NCBI GenBank assembly: GCA_038042445.1
Contig: JBBTED010000158.1
Coordinates: 1-26,595 of the forward strand
Direction of reading: 5' to 3'
Source: Candidatus Firestoneibacteriota bacterium
GTDB lineage: Bacteria > Oederibacteriota > D2-FULL-39-29 > JBBTED01
DNA length: 26,595 nt
Shown: positions 17,383 through 26,392 of the stretch, piece after piece
Position numbering within the stretch: position 1 is the first letter of the stretch
How the letters are laid out: every line of letters begins with the position of its first letter
Notes under the pieces: model-generated
What the model saw: the letters and a program-made list of their open reading frames with translations, nothing else
Database searches by the model: none
What the model was told of the DNA's origin: nothing
Translations under genes and position numbers: made by a program

Positions 17383-18396
17383 TTATAATTTTACAGGTTT
17401 TTTTGTTTGGGCTGATTTCATTTCTGCCATAATTATTTTTAAACTCATAGCTGCATCTTCAGGTGTAACTATTCTGGGAGTTTTACCCATTAGGACACAA
17501 TCTGTAAAATATTTTATTTCATTGAAATAACCTCCAAGTGAAGAAATATTACCTTTCGCTTGTACTCCGTTTATTTTTGGTGCAGGAATTTTTGGAGAAT
17601 ATGGTGCTTTCTTAGATTCATAAATTTGAAAATAAGGTTTTGGCGCTAATCCAAAATCCACAACACCTTTTTCAAAAACAACTCTAAAACACATATTAAA
17701 AGGAAACTTTGCAGGCATATCCCAGCCACCTTCAGTTACTACAGTAACATCAGAATATTTATATGATGTCCATATATGTGACCACCCTCTGTAATCTTTT
17801 GTTCCAGTTGAAAATACTGACTGTGGTTTCCCGAATAAATATAAAATATAATCAGTATCGTGAATATGCAAATCTAAACTTGCGCCACCACTTAATTTAG
17901 GATTTAAAATCCAGTTTTTCCATGTCCATGTTGGAGTAGGACTTAATCGAGAAAGATAAATACTTTTAATTCCCCCCAATTTCTTCTTATCAATAAATTC
18001 TTTTAAATACATATATTCTGGCCAAAATCTTATGCAGTGAGCTACCATAAACTTAACTTTTGCTTTTTTTACAGCTTTTTGCATTGCAGAAGCTTCTTTT
18101 AAATTCATTGCCATCGGTTTTTCACACAATACATCCATTCCTGCACGAGCACTTCTTATAACATAATCCTTATGCATATATGTAGGAAGACATACATCTA
18201 CCATATCAATATCTGCTTTTTTAAGCATTTCATCAAAATCAGAATAAGATTTGGCACCAACTTGCCCGGCTAATTTAGCAGCCTTTTTCTCATCTTTATC
18301 TGCAATTCCAACCAATTTTACTTCAGGTAGATTTGCATAACAATTAGTATGCATTTGCCCCATAAAACCCGCACCTACAAGTCCAACTTTTAACAT
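17383..18396 (-). CDS. Gfo/Idh/MocA family oxidoreductase
   Basis: KVGLVGAGFMG Rossmann motif, VLCEKPMA and SGGASLDLHIHDTD. Start set at ATG 18396 by SD GGAGGG. Confidence 0.93.
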   Translation of the reverse strand: MLKVGLVGAGFMGQMHTNCYANLPEVKLVGIADKDEKKAAKLAGQVGAKSYSDFDEMLKKADIDMVDVCLPTYMHKDYVIRSARAGMDVLCEKPMAMNLKEASAMQKAVKKAKVKFMVAHCIRFWPEYMYLKEFIDKKKLGGIKSIYLSRLSPTPTWTWKNWILNPKLSGGASLDLHIHDTDYILYLFGKPQSVFSTGTKDYRGWSHIWTSYKYSDVTVVTEGGWDMPAKFPFNMCFRVVFEKGVVDFGLAPKPYFQIYESKKAPYSPKIPAPKINGVQAKGNISSLGGYFNEIKYFTDCVLMGKTPRIVTPEDAAMSLKIIMAEMKSAQTKKPVKL

Positions 18397-18432
18397 ATAA
18401 ATCCCTCCATTCAATAATTCAGACTGCAATTC

Positions 18433-18511
18433 AGACAATAGACTTTAGACATCAGACTTTTCTATATAAAAAATCAATCTCCGAAGTCTACAGTCTAATT
18501 GTCTATGGTCT
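18433..18511. repeat. Inverted pair of short heptamer tandem arrays
   Basis: AGAC at 18433, 18440, 18447 and 18454 (period 7), then complementary GTCT at 18486, 18493, 18501 and 18508. Confidence 0.7.
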
Positions 18512-18535
18512 AACGTTTGTAATCTGTATTCGGAA

Positions 18536-20944
18536 TTATACACTGTTATTTTTTGAAAAACAAGTTTTTTTAGTTAATTTTTGGTTTAGTAGTGTAAACA
18601 GTAAAATAAGTAGTAATGTTATAGTGCTAACTATTAAACCTATTTTAAAACTTAGTGGGGAATATATAAATTCAATTGAATGTTTTCCTTTATTAACAGA
18701 AACTGCCCGAAAGGCATAATTTGCTCTTAGAATTTTTGACGGTACATTATCTATAAATACTTTCCATCCAGGATAATATACATCTGACAAAAAAACATAT
18801 CCATTTTTGGCAAGATGGACATTTAAAATAACTTTTTCTGGAGTATATTCAACTATATTAACTTTATTAGTATTAATTAGTTCAGAATTATCATTGATTG
18901 AATTTTTTGGTAAAGGAGTATCTTTTGAAATCATAATTACTTTAGTAGGGTCAAATTTCTTGTTTTTAAGTTCTTCCAGCATCTCTTCATCTGATTTATT
19001 TAATGCATTTGGAACATAAAAAGCCCGTGGCAAAAAAGTAGTATTTTCATAAATATACGGTTTGTCTTTGGATATTAGATTTAAACCTGCACACTTAATT
19101 TCAAAAAGTGCAAAAACATATTGGACATTAAGCAAATCTAATAATTTAGTTTTTTTAGGGCTTTCCTGTTTAAAAAGTAAGGATAAGACTTCAACATATC
19201 TTTTAATATACATTGACTCATATCCATTTGCAATATTAAGACGAAATAAAAGTGACCAATTTGGCACAAGCATACGTTTGGCATTTTCAATAGCTTCTTC
19301 ATATTTAAATCCATAGACATATTCATTAAATCTTCCCTCATATACCATTAAAGTTCTATTTGAATCACTATTTTTCTTTGTAAATTCTATACTTCTATTT
19401 TCTTTTTTATAAAAATCTCTTGGAACAACAGGATTGATATTATAATTATTCAAAAATAAATCAAACGTCAAAATTATCAGAATAAGAGCTTTAACAATTT
19501 TTAAACTTACCTGGCGATATGCAGATAAAAAAATCAAGACTCCAAGAAGTAAAAAAATAGTGCTTTGAAGAAATATCTTTAGCAAAAAATTGTAGTTGTT
19601 TACAAGTTTTAATGTTTCAGAAAAATCGTGCACAGCAAAAAATCTTTTTACGGTAAAAGATAGAATTTTTACTTCATTTAAATATGCCAAAAATATTGCA
19701 AATAAAAATAACATGGTTATAAAAAAAATGAGTTTTATGTATTTTTTATTATCTATAGATTTGCACTTTTCTAAAAACAAATCTATTCCTTTGCCGGATA
19801 AAATCGTAATACAAAATGTTGTAATAAAAATAAATTTTACAGGGTATCGTATAAAACTAATTCCAGGAAAGAATTTATATAGCAGTGGATATAATGAAAA
19901 ATATTTTCCGAAAACCATAAATACTGAAAGCAAAAACATAACTATCCAAAACAATATGTGCTGTTTTTTTTCGTAAATCATTGCGTAAATTGCAAAAAGT
20001 AGTGGTAAAACACCCATATATAGGGTTTTTAACCACATCTGACTTGTATCATACCAATTAATATTAGTAAGTGTAACATCTCCAAAAGCATAAGGTATAA
20101 AAAAAGTTATCAAATGCCAGGGAGGTATAGACCATTTTACTATTGATTCATAAGTGCTTCCTGCTAATCTATGAGAATTCATTAAAAATTCTAAAAATGG
20201 AAAAACTTGAAATGCTGTTAAAAGAAAACATAAAAATACAGATCCAAATAAAGATATAAAAATCTTAATTGCATACATATATTTATCACTTTTGATAAAT
20301 ATAATACGAAAAAGTGAATATCCAATTAGCAATAAAACTGTTCCATATAAAATGGTGGGTTCCCCACCAAGAAGTTGAAATGCAAGCGAAATAGCAGTTA
20401 AAACGATATATTTAACCCCCTCTAACTCCCCCTTGTCAGGGGGAGAATCAAGCATCTTGTGAAAGAATAAAAATGTTAGAGGCAACCATGCAACTGAGCA
20501 TAATGTTGTTGACATATCAAGTACTGATACTAAATAACCACTAAACATAAAAGTTATGGCACAAAATATTGAAGAAAATCTACTAAATTTTAATGTATTT
20601 GCCAAAAAATACATTAAAATTCCTGCCAGTAAATAATGGATTAAATAAAAAATATTTATTCCTATGTCAAAAGGCAAAACATAATAAATAAAACTAAGTG
20701 GGTAAAATAAATTTGCTTGTAAATTGCCAACAATTGGAGTGCCACATAGAACATACGGATTCCACAATGGAAGATCATAGTTTTTAATATGGTTAGCTAC
20801 ATATTCTTTATATGGATAAAAATATCTGGAAAAGTCGCGGAATGAAAATGTATTGTCAAAAAACAGGACACTATAAAAAAATAATACAACTAAAATACTA
20901 AGAAAAAATATTATAAATCCTGTAGAATATTTTTTTGGAAACAT
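18536..20944 (-). CDS. YfhO-family polytopic membrane protein (GT-C-type glycosyltransferase)
   Basis: D...YFYP, LPLWNPY..CG.P, FYP and many TM helices; C-terminal LPRAF and SDVYYPGWKVFID..RANYAFRAV..GKH.IEF.Y.P. Confidence 0.88.
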   Translation of the reverse strand: MFPKKYSTGFIIFFLSILVVLFFYSVLFFDNTFSFRDFSRYFYPYKEYVANHIKNYDLPLWNPYVLCGTPIVGNLQANLFYPLSFIYYVLPFDIGINIFYLIHYLLAGILMYFLANTLKFSRFSSIFCAITFMFSGYLVSVLDMSTTLCSVAWLPLTFLFFHKMLDSPPDKGELEGVKYIVLTAISLAFQLLGGEPTILYGTVLLLIGYSLFRIIFIKSDKYMYAIKIFISLFGSVFLCFLLTAFQVFPFLEFLMNSHRLAGSTYESIVKWSIPPWHLITFFIPYAFGDVTLTNINWYDTSQMWLKTLYMGVLPLLFAIYAMIYEKKQHILFWIVMFLLSVFMVFGKYFSLYPLLYKFFPGISFIRYPVKFIFITTFCITILSGKGIDLFLEKCKSIDNKKYIKLIFFITMLFLFAIFLAYLNEVKILSFTVKRFFAVHDFSETLKLVNNYNFLLKIFLQSTIFLLLGVLIFLSAYRQVSLKIVKALILIILTFDLFLNNYNINPVVPRDFYKKENRSIEFTKKNSDSNRTLMVYEGRFNEYVYGFKYEEAIENAKRMLVPNWSLLFRLNIANGYESMYIKRYVEVLSLLFKQESPKKTKLLDLLNVQYVFALFEIKCAGLNLISKDKPYIYENTTFLPRAFYVPNALNKSDEEMLEELKNKKFDPTKVIMISKDTPLPKNSINDNSELINTNKVNIVEYTPEKVILNVHLAKNGYVFLSDVYYPGWKVFIDNVPSKILRANYAFRAVSVNKGKHSIEFIYSPLSFKIGLIVSTITLLLILLFTLLNQKLTKKTCFSKNNSV
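20414..20447. repeat. GC-rich palindromic element inserted in frame in the YfhO gene
   Basis: AACCCCCTCTAACTCCCCCTTGTCAGGGGGAGAA. Perfect 8-bp stem CTCCCCCT/AGGGGGAG (20426-20445) in an otherwise very AT-rich gene; encodes SPPDKGELEGV. Confidence 0.75.
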
Positions 20945-20945
20945 C

Positions 20946-21476
20946 TCAGCTCAATTTCAAAAGTTTGATAATTTTTTTGGCAACTTGATATGTATTTAAA
21001 TTAGATGTGTTTAGTGTATAATCTGCTTTTTCATAATATGTTTTACGAATAGCCAGCAAATCTTTTATTCTGATTAGTTTTTCTTTTTTGCTGATTGCTA
21101 TTTCCATAAGTGGCCTATGATGCTTATTATATATACGTTTTAATATTTCTTTTGCTATAGCATAAAGATAAACTAATGTGCCGTTTTTTTTGAGTTTGGA
21201 CAAATTTTTTGGTTTTGTTACAGCACCTCCACCAACAGCTATTACGAGATTATCCTTCTGGACTATTTTTGAAATCATCTTTTTTTCAAGTGACCTGAAT
21301 TTTTTTTCTCCATCCTCATTGAAAATTCTGGATACACTTTTACCTGCAAATTTTTCAATTAAATTATCGGTATCAATGAATTTTCTGTGCAAATATTTTG
21401 CAAGTAGTTTGCCAATAGTAGTTTTGCCAGCCCCCATAAATCCAATAAGAATTATATTATTTTTTATTTTTTTCAT
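20946..21476 (-). CDS. aroK: Shikimate kinase
   Basis: IILIGFMGAGKTTIG, FIDTD, GEKKFR, GGGAV and RPL. The start is uncertain: ATG 21476, ATG 21485, or GTG 21545 overlapping the aroC stop. Confidence 0.93.
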   Translation of the reverse strand: MKKIKNNIILIGFMGAGKTTIGKLLAKYLHRKFIDTDNLIEKFAGKSVSRIFNEDGEKKFRSLEKKMISKIVQKDNLVIAVGGGAVTKPKNLSKLKKNGTLVYLYAIAKEILKRIYNKHHRPLMEIAISKKEKLIRIKDLLAIRKTYYEKADYTLNTSNLNTYQVAKKIIKLLKLS

Positions 21477-21485
21477 GAGATCCAT

Positions 21486-21538
21486 CCACTTCACTTCGTT
21501 CAGAGCTTGTCCTGAATTTATTTCAGGAATGCCACTTC
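21486..21538. repeat. Composite palindromic repeat between aroC and the aroK core
   Basis: CTTCACTTCGTTCAG plus hairpin TCCTGAA-TTTAT-TTCAGGA (21510-21528), flanked by the direct repeat CCACTTC (21486-21492, 21532-21538). Confidence 0.65.
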
Positions 21539-21541
21539 GGG

Positions 21542-22690
21542 TCACTTTGCAATATTTCTTAGAAAGTGTTTGTAATTTTCTTTCATTTCCCGGATATTAT
21601 CGCCACCAAATTTTTTATTCATAGCTTGGGCTAATGTCCATGCAACAACAGCTTCACCAACAACAGATGCAGATGCAACAGCAGTTACATCTGATCTCTC
21701 TATATGTGCAATAGATTTTTTCTTAGTATCAATATTTACTGAAGAAAGTGGTTTTCGTAAAGTAGCTATTGGCTTCATCACTGCTTTTAAAATTATTTCT
21801 TCACCATTTGAAATACCACCCTCTATACCACCTGCATTATTGGTTAATCTGTAATATCCCCTGCTGTTTTTATAAAATATTTTATCGTGAACTGCAGAAC
21901 CAAAATTTTTAGCATAATCAAATCCCAACCCAATTTCTACTCCTTTAACAGCGGGTATGCTCATTAAAGCATACGACAATTTAGCATTTAATCTTTCATC
22001 CCATTGAGAGTAAGTACCTAATCCCAGTGGAACATTAATTGCTCTTATTTCAAAAATCCCACCAAGTGTATCTCCTTTTTTTTTCGCAAGGTCAATTTTT
22101 TTTATCATTTTGATTTCAGAGTTTTTATCAGGACATCTAAGTTTTGACTTTGAAATCGCGTATTTTATTTTTAAAAAATCCATTTTTTTAATATTTGTTT
22201 TAATAGCACCAAGTTCTACAACAAATCCTAAAACATCAATTTGGAATTCTTCTAATAACCGTTTAGCACATGCTCCTACTGCAACCCTTATTGCAGTTTC
22301 ACGTGCACTAGCACGTTCAATAACATTCCTTATATCATTAAAACCATATTTTAAGATTCCACATAAATCAGCATGACCCGGCCTTGGTAATTTTATCCCT
22401 GGAGTAGAAACTCCTGCTTTAACTTTCATTATATCTTTCCAATTTTCCCAATCGCGATTTTTTATATAAAGAGAAATAGGACTTCCAATTGTTTTGCCAT
22501 TCCGCACTCCTGAAAGTATTTCTACTTCATCTTTTTCAATAGACATACGTTGACCTCTGCCATATCCTTTTTGTCGTTCAGCAAGCATATTATTTATATA
22601 ATCAGCAGTTAATTCAAGACCCGCAGGCATATCTTCAATGACTGCGATTAAACCTTTCCCATGTGATTCACCAGCTGTAAGAAAACGCAT
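21542..22690 (-). CDS. aroC: Chorismate synthase
   Basis: MRFLTAGESHG, PRPGHAD, ERASARETA, NNAGGIEGGISNG and ERSD; SD GAGGTG. Confidence 0.98.
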   Translation of the reverse strand: MRFLTAGESHGKGLIAVIEDMPAGLELTADYINNMLAERQKGYGRGQRMSIEKDEVEILSGVRNGKTIGSPISLYIKNRDWENWKDIMKVKAGVSTPGIKLPRPGHADLCGILKYGFNDIRNVIERASARETAIRVAVGACAKRLLEEFQIDVLGFVVELGAIKTNIKKMDFLKIKYAISKSKLRCPDKNSEIKMIKKIDLAKKKGDTLGGIFEIRAINVPLGLGTYSQWDERLNAKLSYALMSIPAVKGVEIGLGFDYAKNFGSAVHDKIFYKNSRGYYRLTNNAGGIEGGISNGEEIILKAVMKPIATLRKPLSSVNIDTKKKSIAHIERSDVTAVASASVVGEAVVAWTLAQAMNKKFGGDNIREMKENYKHFLRNIAK

Positions 22691-22709
22691 ATTTCACCTC
22701 ATTTTTATT

Positions 22710-22733
22710 GTCGCATAGTAATGCGACCGCTAC
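22710..22733 (-). repeat. Single GTAG-type REP overlapping the aroB stop codon
   Basis: Minus strand GTAG-CG-GTCGCAT-TACT-ATGCGAC (7-bp perfect stem). Its TAG (22732-22730) is the aroB stop. Confidence 0.7.
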
Positions 22734-23848
22734 GGTTTATATATTCTATTAAATAAAACTTTTCGTATTAAATTATAATTTACTCCTGATATTACTTTCA
22801 CCTTTCCGATTGTAACAGGAAGGATAAATTTGTTTGTTCCACCTTTAAATTTTTTATCATACATCATTACTTGTATAATATCATTACCTTTACAGTTTGA
22901 AATTGTAGTTGGCAAACCGAAGGAATGAACTAAATTTACAAGACGTTTACAGCTTTCTTTTGAAAACATTGACAATTCACACGCTATTTCTGCAGCACAA
23001 ATCATTCCAATTGCAATTGCTTCTCCATGCCTATATTTAAAATCAGATACTGATTCAATAGCATGGCCAATAGTATGGCCAAAATTTAATTTTGCACGTA
23101 TTCCTTTTCTATCAAATTCATCCTCTTGGACAATTTTCGCCTTAATTTTGCAGGATAGAGTCACTACTTCAGAAAGCAATTTTGTATCTAAAGATAATAA
23201 TTGCTTGTATTTTTTTTCAAGCAGCTCAAAAAGATTTTCATCGTCAATTACTCCATACTTAATTATTTCAGCAAACCCAGATTTAAGTTCCAGTTTTGGG
23301 AGTGTATTAAGTAATTGTAAATCTCCAAATACCAGAGAAGGCTGATAAAAAGTTCCAACTAAATTTTTAATTGGTTTTTTGTTGCCATAATCTACTGCAA
23401 CCTTACCTCCAATTGTGCTATCTACAAATGCAAGTAGTGTAGTAGGAATCTGCACATAAGAAATGCCACGTTTATATGTAGCAGCAACAAACCCACCTAA
23501 ATCTGATATTACTCCACCACCTAAATTGACAATAAATATATCCTTGAGTTTCTCATCATCAAAGTTTACAAGAGCATCCAACGTTTTTTTGTAGTATTGA
23601 AACGATTTAAATTTTTCACCCTGAGGCAACAGATATTTATCAATTTTTTTTATACCTGATTTTTGCAAGGATTTGCAAACTTTATTACCATACAATTCAT
23701 ATATTGGAGGATTACTTATGATAAATGCAGAATCTCCTAATTGTCTTTTAGGGATTTCTTCACCAAATTTTTCAAGATTTTTGTTAGAAATTATAATATC
23801 ATAATTTCTATTTCTGGGAGAGAATAAATTAACTTTAATCGTAGACAT
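22730..23848 (-). CDS. aroB: 3-dehydroquinate synthase
   Basis: GEKFKS, LGGGVISDLGGF.AATY.RG, PTTLLA.VDS.IGGK, LNFGHTIGHAIE and HGEAIAIGM. Confidence 0.97.
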   Translation of the reverse strand: MSTIKVNLFSPRNRNYDIIISNKNLEKFGEEIPKRQLGDSAFIISNPPIYELYGNKVCKSLQKSGIKKIDKYLLPQGEKFKSFQYYKKTLDALVNFDDEKLKDIFIVNLGGGVISDLGGFVAATYKRGISYVQIPTTLLAFVDSTIGGKVAVDYGNKKPIKNLVGTFYQPSLVFGDLQLLNTLPKLELKSGFAEIIKYGVIDDENLFELLEKKYKQLLSLDTKLLSEVVTLSCKIKAKIVQEDEFDRKGIRAKLNFGHTIGHAIESVSDFKYRHGEAIAIGMICAAEIACELSMFSKESCKRLVNLVHSFGLPTTISNCKGNDIIQVMMYDKKFKGGTNKFILPVTIGKVKVISGVNYNLIRKVLFNRIYKP

Positions 23849-23858
23849 CAAAATTAAA

Positions 23859-26108
23859 TTACTGAGTAAGATGTGGAGTTATGAAAATCATTAAATCACG
23901 TTTTTGTTTTGAAGTTGTCTTGCTCTTAAAAAGAAAATTTATTAAAGGTATATCGCCTAATACAGGCACCTTATTTACTGTTACTACTTCATCTTCACGT
24001 ATGAGACCACCAATTACTATTGTTTCTCCATCTTTTACTCGAACTTCAGTATTCGTATCTCTTTTGGCAATTACAGGTGGTGGCCCTATTTCTACAACAC
24101 TGCTAACACTTGGTGCAATTTTAATTGTTATATAATTATTACTGTTTATTTGTGGTGTCACTGAAAGTGATATACCTGCATCAACAGTTGCATAAGTTGG
24201 AATACCTGTTTGCTGATTATATGCAGATATATAAGAATATACCTGTGCAATATTTATTGTTGCCTGTTGATTATTTAATGTAAGAATTTTTGGATTAGCT
24301 AAAAGATTTGCATCATTACTTGAAATTAAAAAATCAAGAAGCATTACTATATTTAAATCCTTTGCAATTGTTCCAAATTGTAAATTTGCAGCACTTCCAG
24401 CAGTTTGTGGTGGTGCAATTTGAATTTTTGTATCTGCCCTTGGAACTTCACCCATAGGACTGGCTATATCAGGGAATACAGCTCCAGTTTCTCCTGTCTG
24501 TACAGTTGATGTTTTGCGCGCCTGACCTGATGCCATTATCCAGTTTATTCCAAATTTATCACTGCTTGTAACATTTACTTCTACAATTTTTGCCTCTATC
24601 ATTACCTGCGGAGTCATAGTATCAATTTTTTTCAAAAGGCTTTTTACTTTTTGCAAGTTTGAAGGAGTATCAACTACTATTAAACTATTTGTTCTATCAT
24701 CTACTTGAATTTTTCCCTTGGTCGATAATACACTTGTTACAATTGAAGATATTAAACTAGGTTTTGTAAAATTAAGTGTAAATATCTCTGTTGTAGGTAA
24801 TGTTTTTTCCTGTTCTGTCAATAATTCATCCGAAGTTGCAATTCTTATCATACTTTCGTCAATTGAATAAGTATAACCATTCATTCCAAGAATAAGAGCT
24901 AATGCTTTTTCCAATGGCACTTCTTTCAATTTTACTGAAATTGTTCCAGTAATACTCTTGCTTATCACTAAGTTGTATCCTGATTGTTCAATTAAAGTTT
25001 TAATAACAGTTACTAAGTCAGCATTTTGTAAATCCATTGTTATAGGTTGATTTAAAGTATCTTTTGATAATCCATCAATAATAACAATTGGAGCTTTACC
25101 TGTTTTAATGGTTACATCAGTTACTTTGAGTTTAGAAGTATTTATACTTGTCTCAGCTATGGTTTCACTATTTTCTTTGTTCTCTGAAGCTTGTTGTTTT
25201 TCCGTTTCAGTTTTGATATTTGCAGTATTACCTTCGATTATACTTACAGTATTCCCTTTGGTCTCACTTACAGTATTTCCTTTTGTCTCCGATTCCAGTT
25301 TTGCGGTTTCACCATTTCCTTTGGTCACACTATTTTTTTCTGTGTTTCCTGAAACAACAGGTGTAGATTCTTTAACTGGTTCTACTTCCGGAGTTTTAGC
25401 AACTGTATCATTTGTAACTACACCATTTCCTTTAGTCACAGTATTATTTTCAGTCGTAGTTTTTGTAGAAGCAGCAATTACAACTGCTTGTGTTGTTTTC
25501 TTCGGAACTTTTGAAACCACAGGAGCCGATTTTTTAGCAACTACTGGTTGTTGAACTTGTGCAAGTGATTTTTTCTCTATTTTTGGACTTGTTGCGGTTA
25601 CAGTATTCGCTACAGTCACAACAGTTGGAGTTTTAGAAACAGGTGATATCGTTTTAGCAGCTGAAACAGGAGTTGTGATTTTTAATGTAATTTTTCCTAT
25701 GTCATCATTTATTTCATAAGGTGTTAAAGTAACTAAATTAAGTATAACCCTAACTGTTTTTGTTGGCTTATTTTTTAATTCACTTAAACTTACTTGAGTA
25801 ATAACTCCTTTATTAACTGCAATTGTAGTTATTTTTGTATTCAATTCAGCTGGATATAAATCCAATATTAATTGGGTAGGAGTCTTTGACACAGACACAC
25901 TTCTACGCACGCTTCCATCAATTGGCACAACTAATGTTATTTTATCCGCCTCTGATGTCCATTTTAAATCTCCAACCTTTCGTATAACTTCTTCGATTGT
26001 AGTTTTTTCGATAAGCTTAGTCTGAACTGGAGTAGTTTTCTGAGGTGCAGAAAATACAGAAGAAACATAAAAAAGTATTGATAATGCAACAAGTATATTG
26101 ATAATCAT
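23859..26108 (-). CDS. pilQ: PilQ-like secretin (signal peptide, AMIN-like domain, long low-complexity linker, N0/N3, secretin domain)
   Basis: Signal peptide; VRVILNL AMIN-like motif; MDLQNADL N0; DDRTNSLIV N3; PQVMIEAKIVEV, NPKILTLNNQQA, DGETIVIGGL and KVPVLGDIPLI..LFK. SD GAGGAGG; adjacent to the aro genes. Confidence 0.82.
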   Translation of the reverse strand: MIINILVALSILFYVSSVFSAPQKTTPVQTKLIEKTTIEEVIRKVGDLKWTSEADKITLVVPIDGSVRRSVSVSKTPTQLILDLYPAELNTKITTIAVNKGVITQVSLSELKNKPTKTVRVILNLVTLTPYEINDDIGKITLKITTPVSAAKTISPVSKTPTVVTVANTVTATSPKIEKKSLAQVQQPVVAKKSAPVVSKVPKKTTQAVVIAASTKTTTENNTVTKGNGVVTNDTVAKTPEVEPVKESTPVVSGNTEKNSVTKGNGETAKLESETKGNTVSETKGNTVSIIEGNTANIKTETEKQQASENKENSETIAETSINTSKLKVTDVTIKTGKAPIVIIDGLSKDTLNQPITMDLQNADLVTVIKTLIEQSGYNLVISKSITGTISVKLKEVPLEKALALILGMNGYTYSIDESMIRIATSDELLTEQEKTLPTTEIFTLNFTKPSLISSIVTSVLSTKGKIQVDDRTNSLIVVDTPSNLQKVKSLLKKIDTMTPQVMIEAKIVEVNVTSSDKFGINWIMASGQARKTSTVQTGETGAVFPDIASPMGEVPRADTKIQIAPPQTAGSAANLQFGTIAKDLNIVMLLDFLISSNDANLLANPKILTLNNQQATINIAQVYSYISAYNQQTGIPTYATVDAGISLSVTPQINSNNYITIKIAPSVSSVVEIGPPPVIAKRDTNTEVRVKDGETIVIGGLIREDEVVTVNKVPVLGDIPLINFLFKSKTTSKQKRDLMIFITPHLTQ
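25221..25445. repeat. Intragenic repeats encoding (T/E)KGN(T/G) motifs in the secretin linker
   Basis: 24-bp tandem pair 25242-25265/25266-25289 (22/24 identical) and 25-bp pair 25310-25334/25421-25445 (23/25). Confidence 0.8.
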
Positions 26109-26135
26109 TTACAAATCCCTCCTCTTAATAGTGAA

Positions 26136-26165
26136 ATTATATCATATAAAAGTTTATTTAGTCTA
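26136..26165 (-). promoter_or_regulatory. Sigma70 promoter with extended -10 upstream of the secretin gene
   Basis: TAGACT (26165-26160), 18 nt, TGnTATAAT (TATAAT at 26141-26136). Confidence 0.6.
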
Positions 26166-26245
26166 TAGTTTTATTTATGTAAGTGTAAATTGGGCAAATT
26201 GGAAAGGTAGATAATGGTATCCGACAAACTATCATTCTACACTTG

Positions 26246-26392
26246 CAAACTGTGTCATAATTATAAATTTTATTGATTTATCGGGCTTGATAAATCAAGC
26301 CCCTACAATTATCAATAAATTCAAATGTTTTTGTAGGAGTCGGACTTATCCGACCCGGAAAAACCGATTTTTGTAGATTGTGACACAGTCTG
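26246..26392. mobile_element. 147-bp MITE with 16-bp TIRs and a candidate TTG target duplication
   Basis: CAAACTGTGTCATAAT (26246-26261) / ATTGTGACACAGTCTG (26377-26392), 14/16 match. TTG on both sides (26243-26245, 26393-26395). No ORF. Confidence 0.75.
26282..26357. repeat. Two GTAG-type REPs inside the MITE
   Basis: GGGCTTGAT-AA-ATCAAGCCC followed by CTAC (26282-26307), and TGTAGGA-GTCGGA-CTTA-TCCGAC (26332-26357). Confidence 0.8.

Noticed and set aside
18397..18438. N-terminal extension of the oxidoreductase given by the ORF track
   Set aside because: SD GGAGGG precedes ATG 18396, and the extension runs into the heptamer array.
60..25554. All plus-strand ORFs in the track (e.g. 574..921, 2135..2542, 21178..21624, 25108..25554) and the short alternative-frame minus ORFs
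   Set aside because: They are shadows of well-supported minus-strand genes, with no motifs or SD sites. 25108..25554 is the antisense of a low-complexity linker.
26207..26240. GTAG...CTAC imperfect hairpin just left of the MITE
   Set aside because: The pairing is weak and bulged and overlaps the host-repeat interpretation, so it is not supportable as a separate REP.
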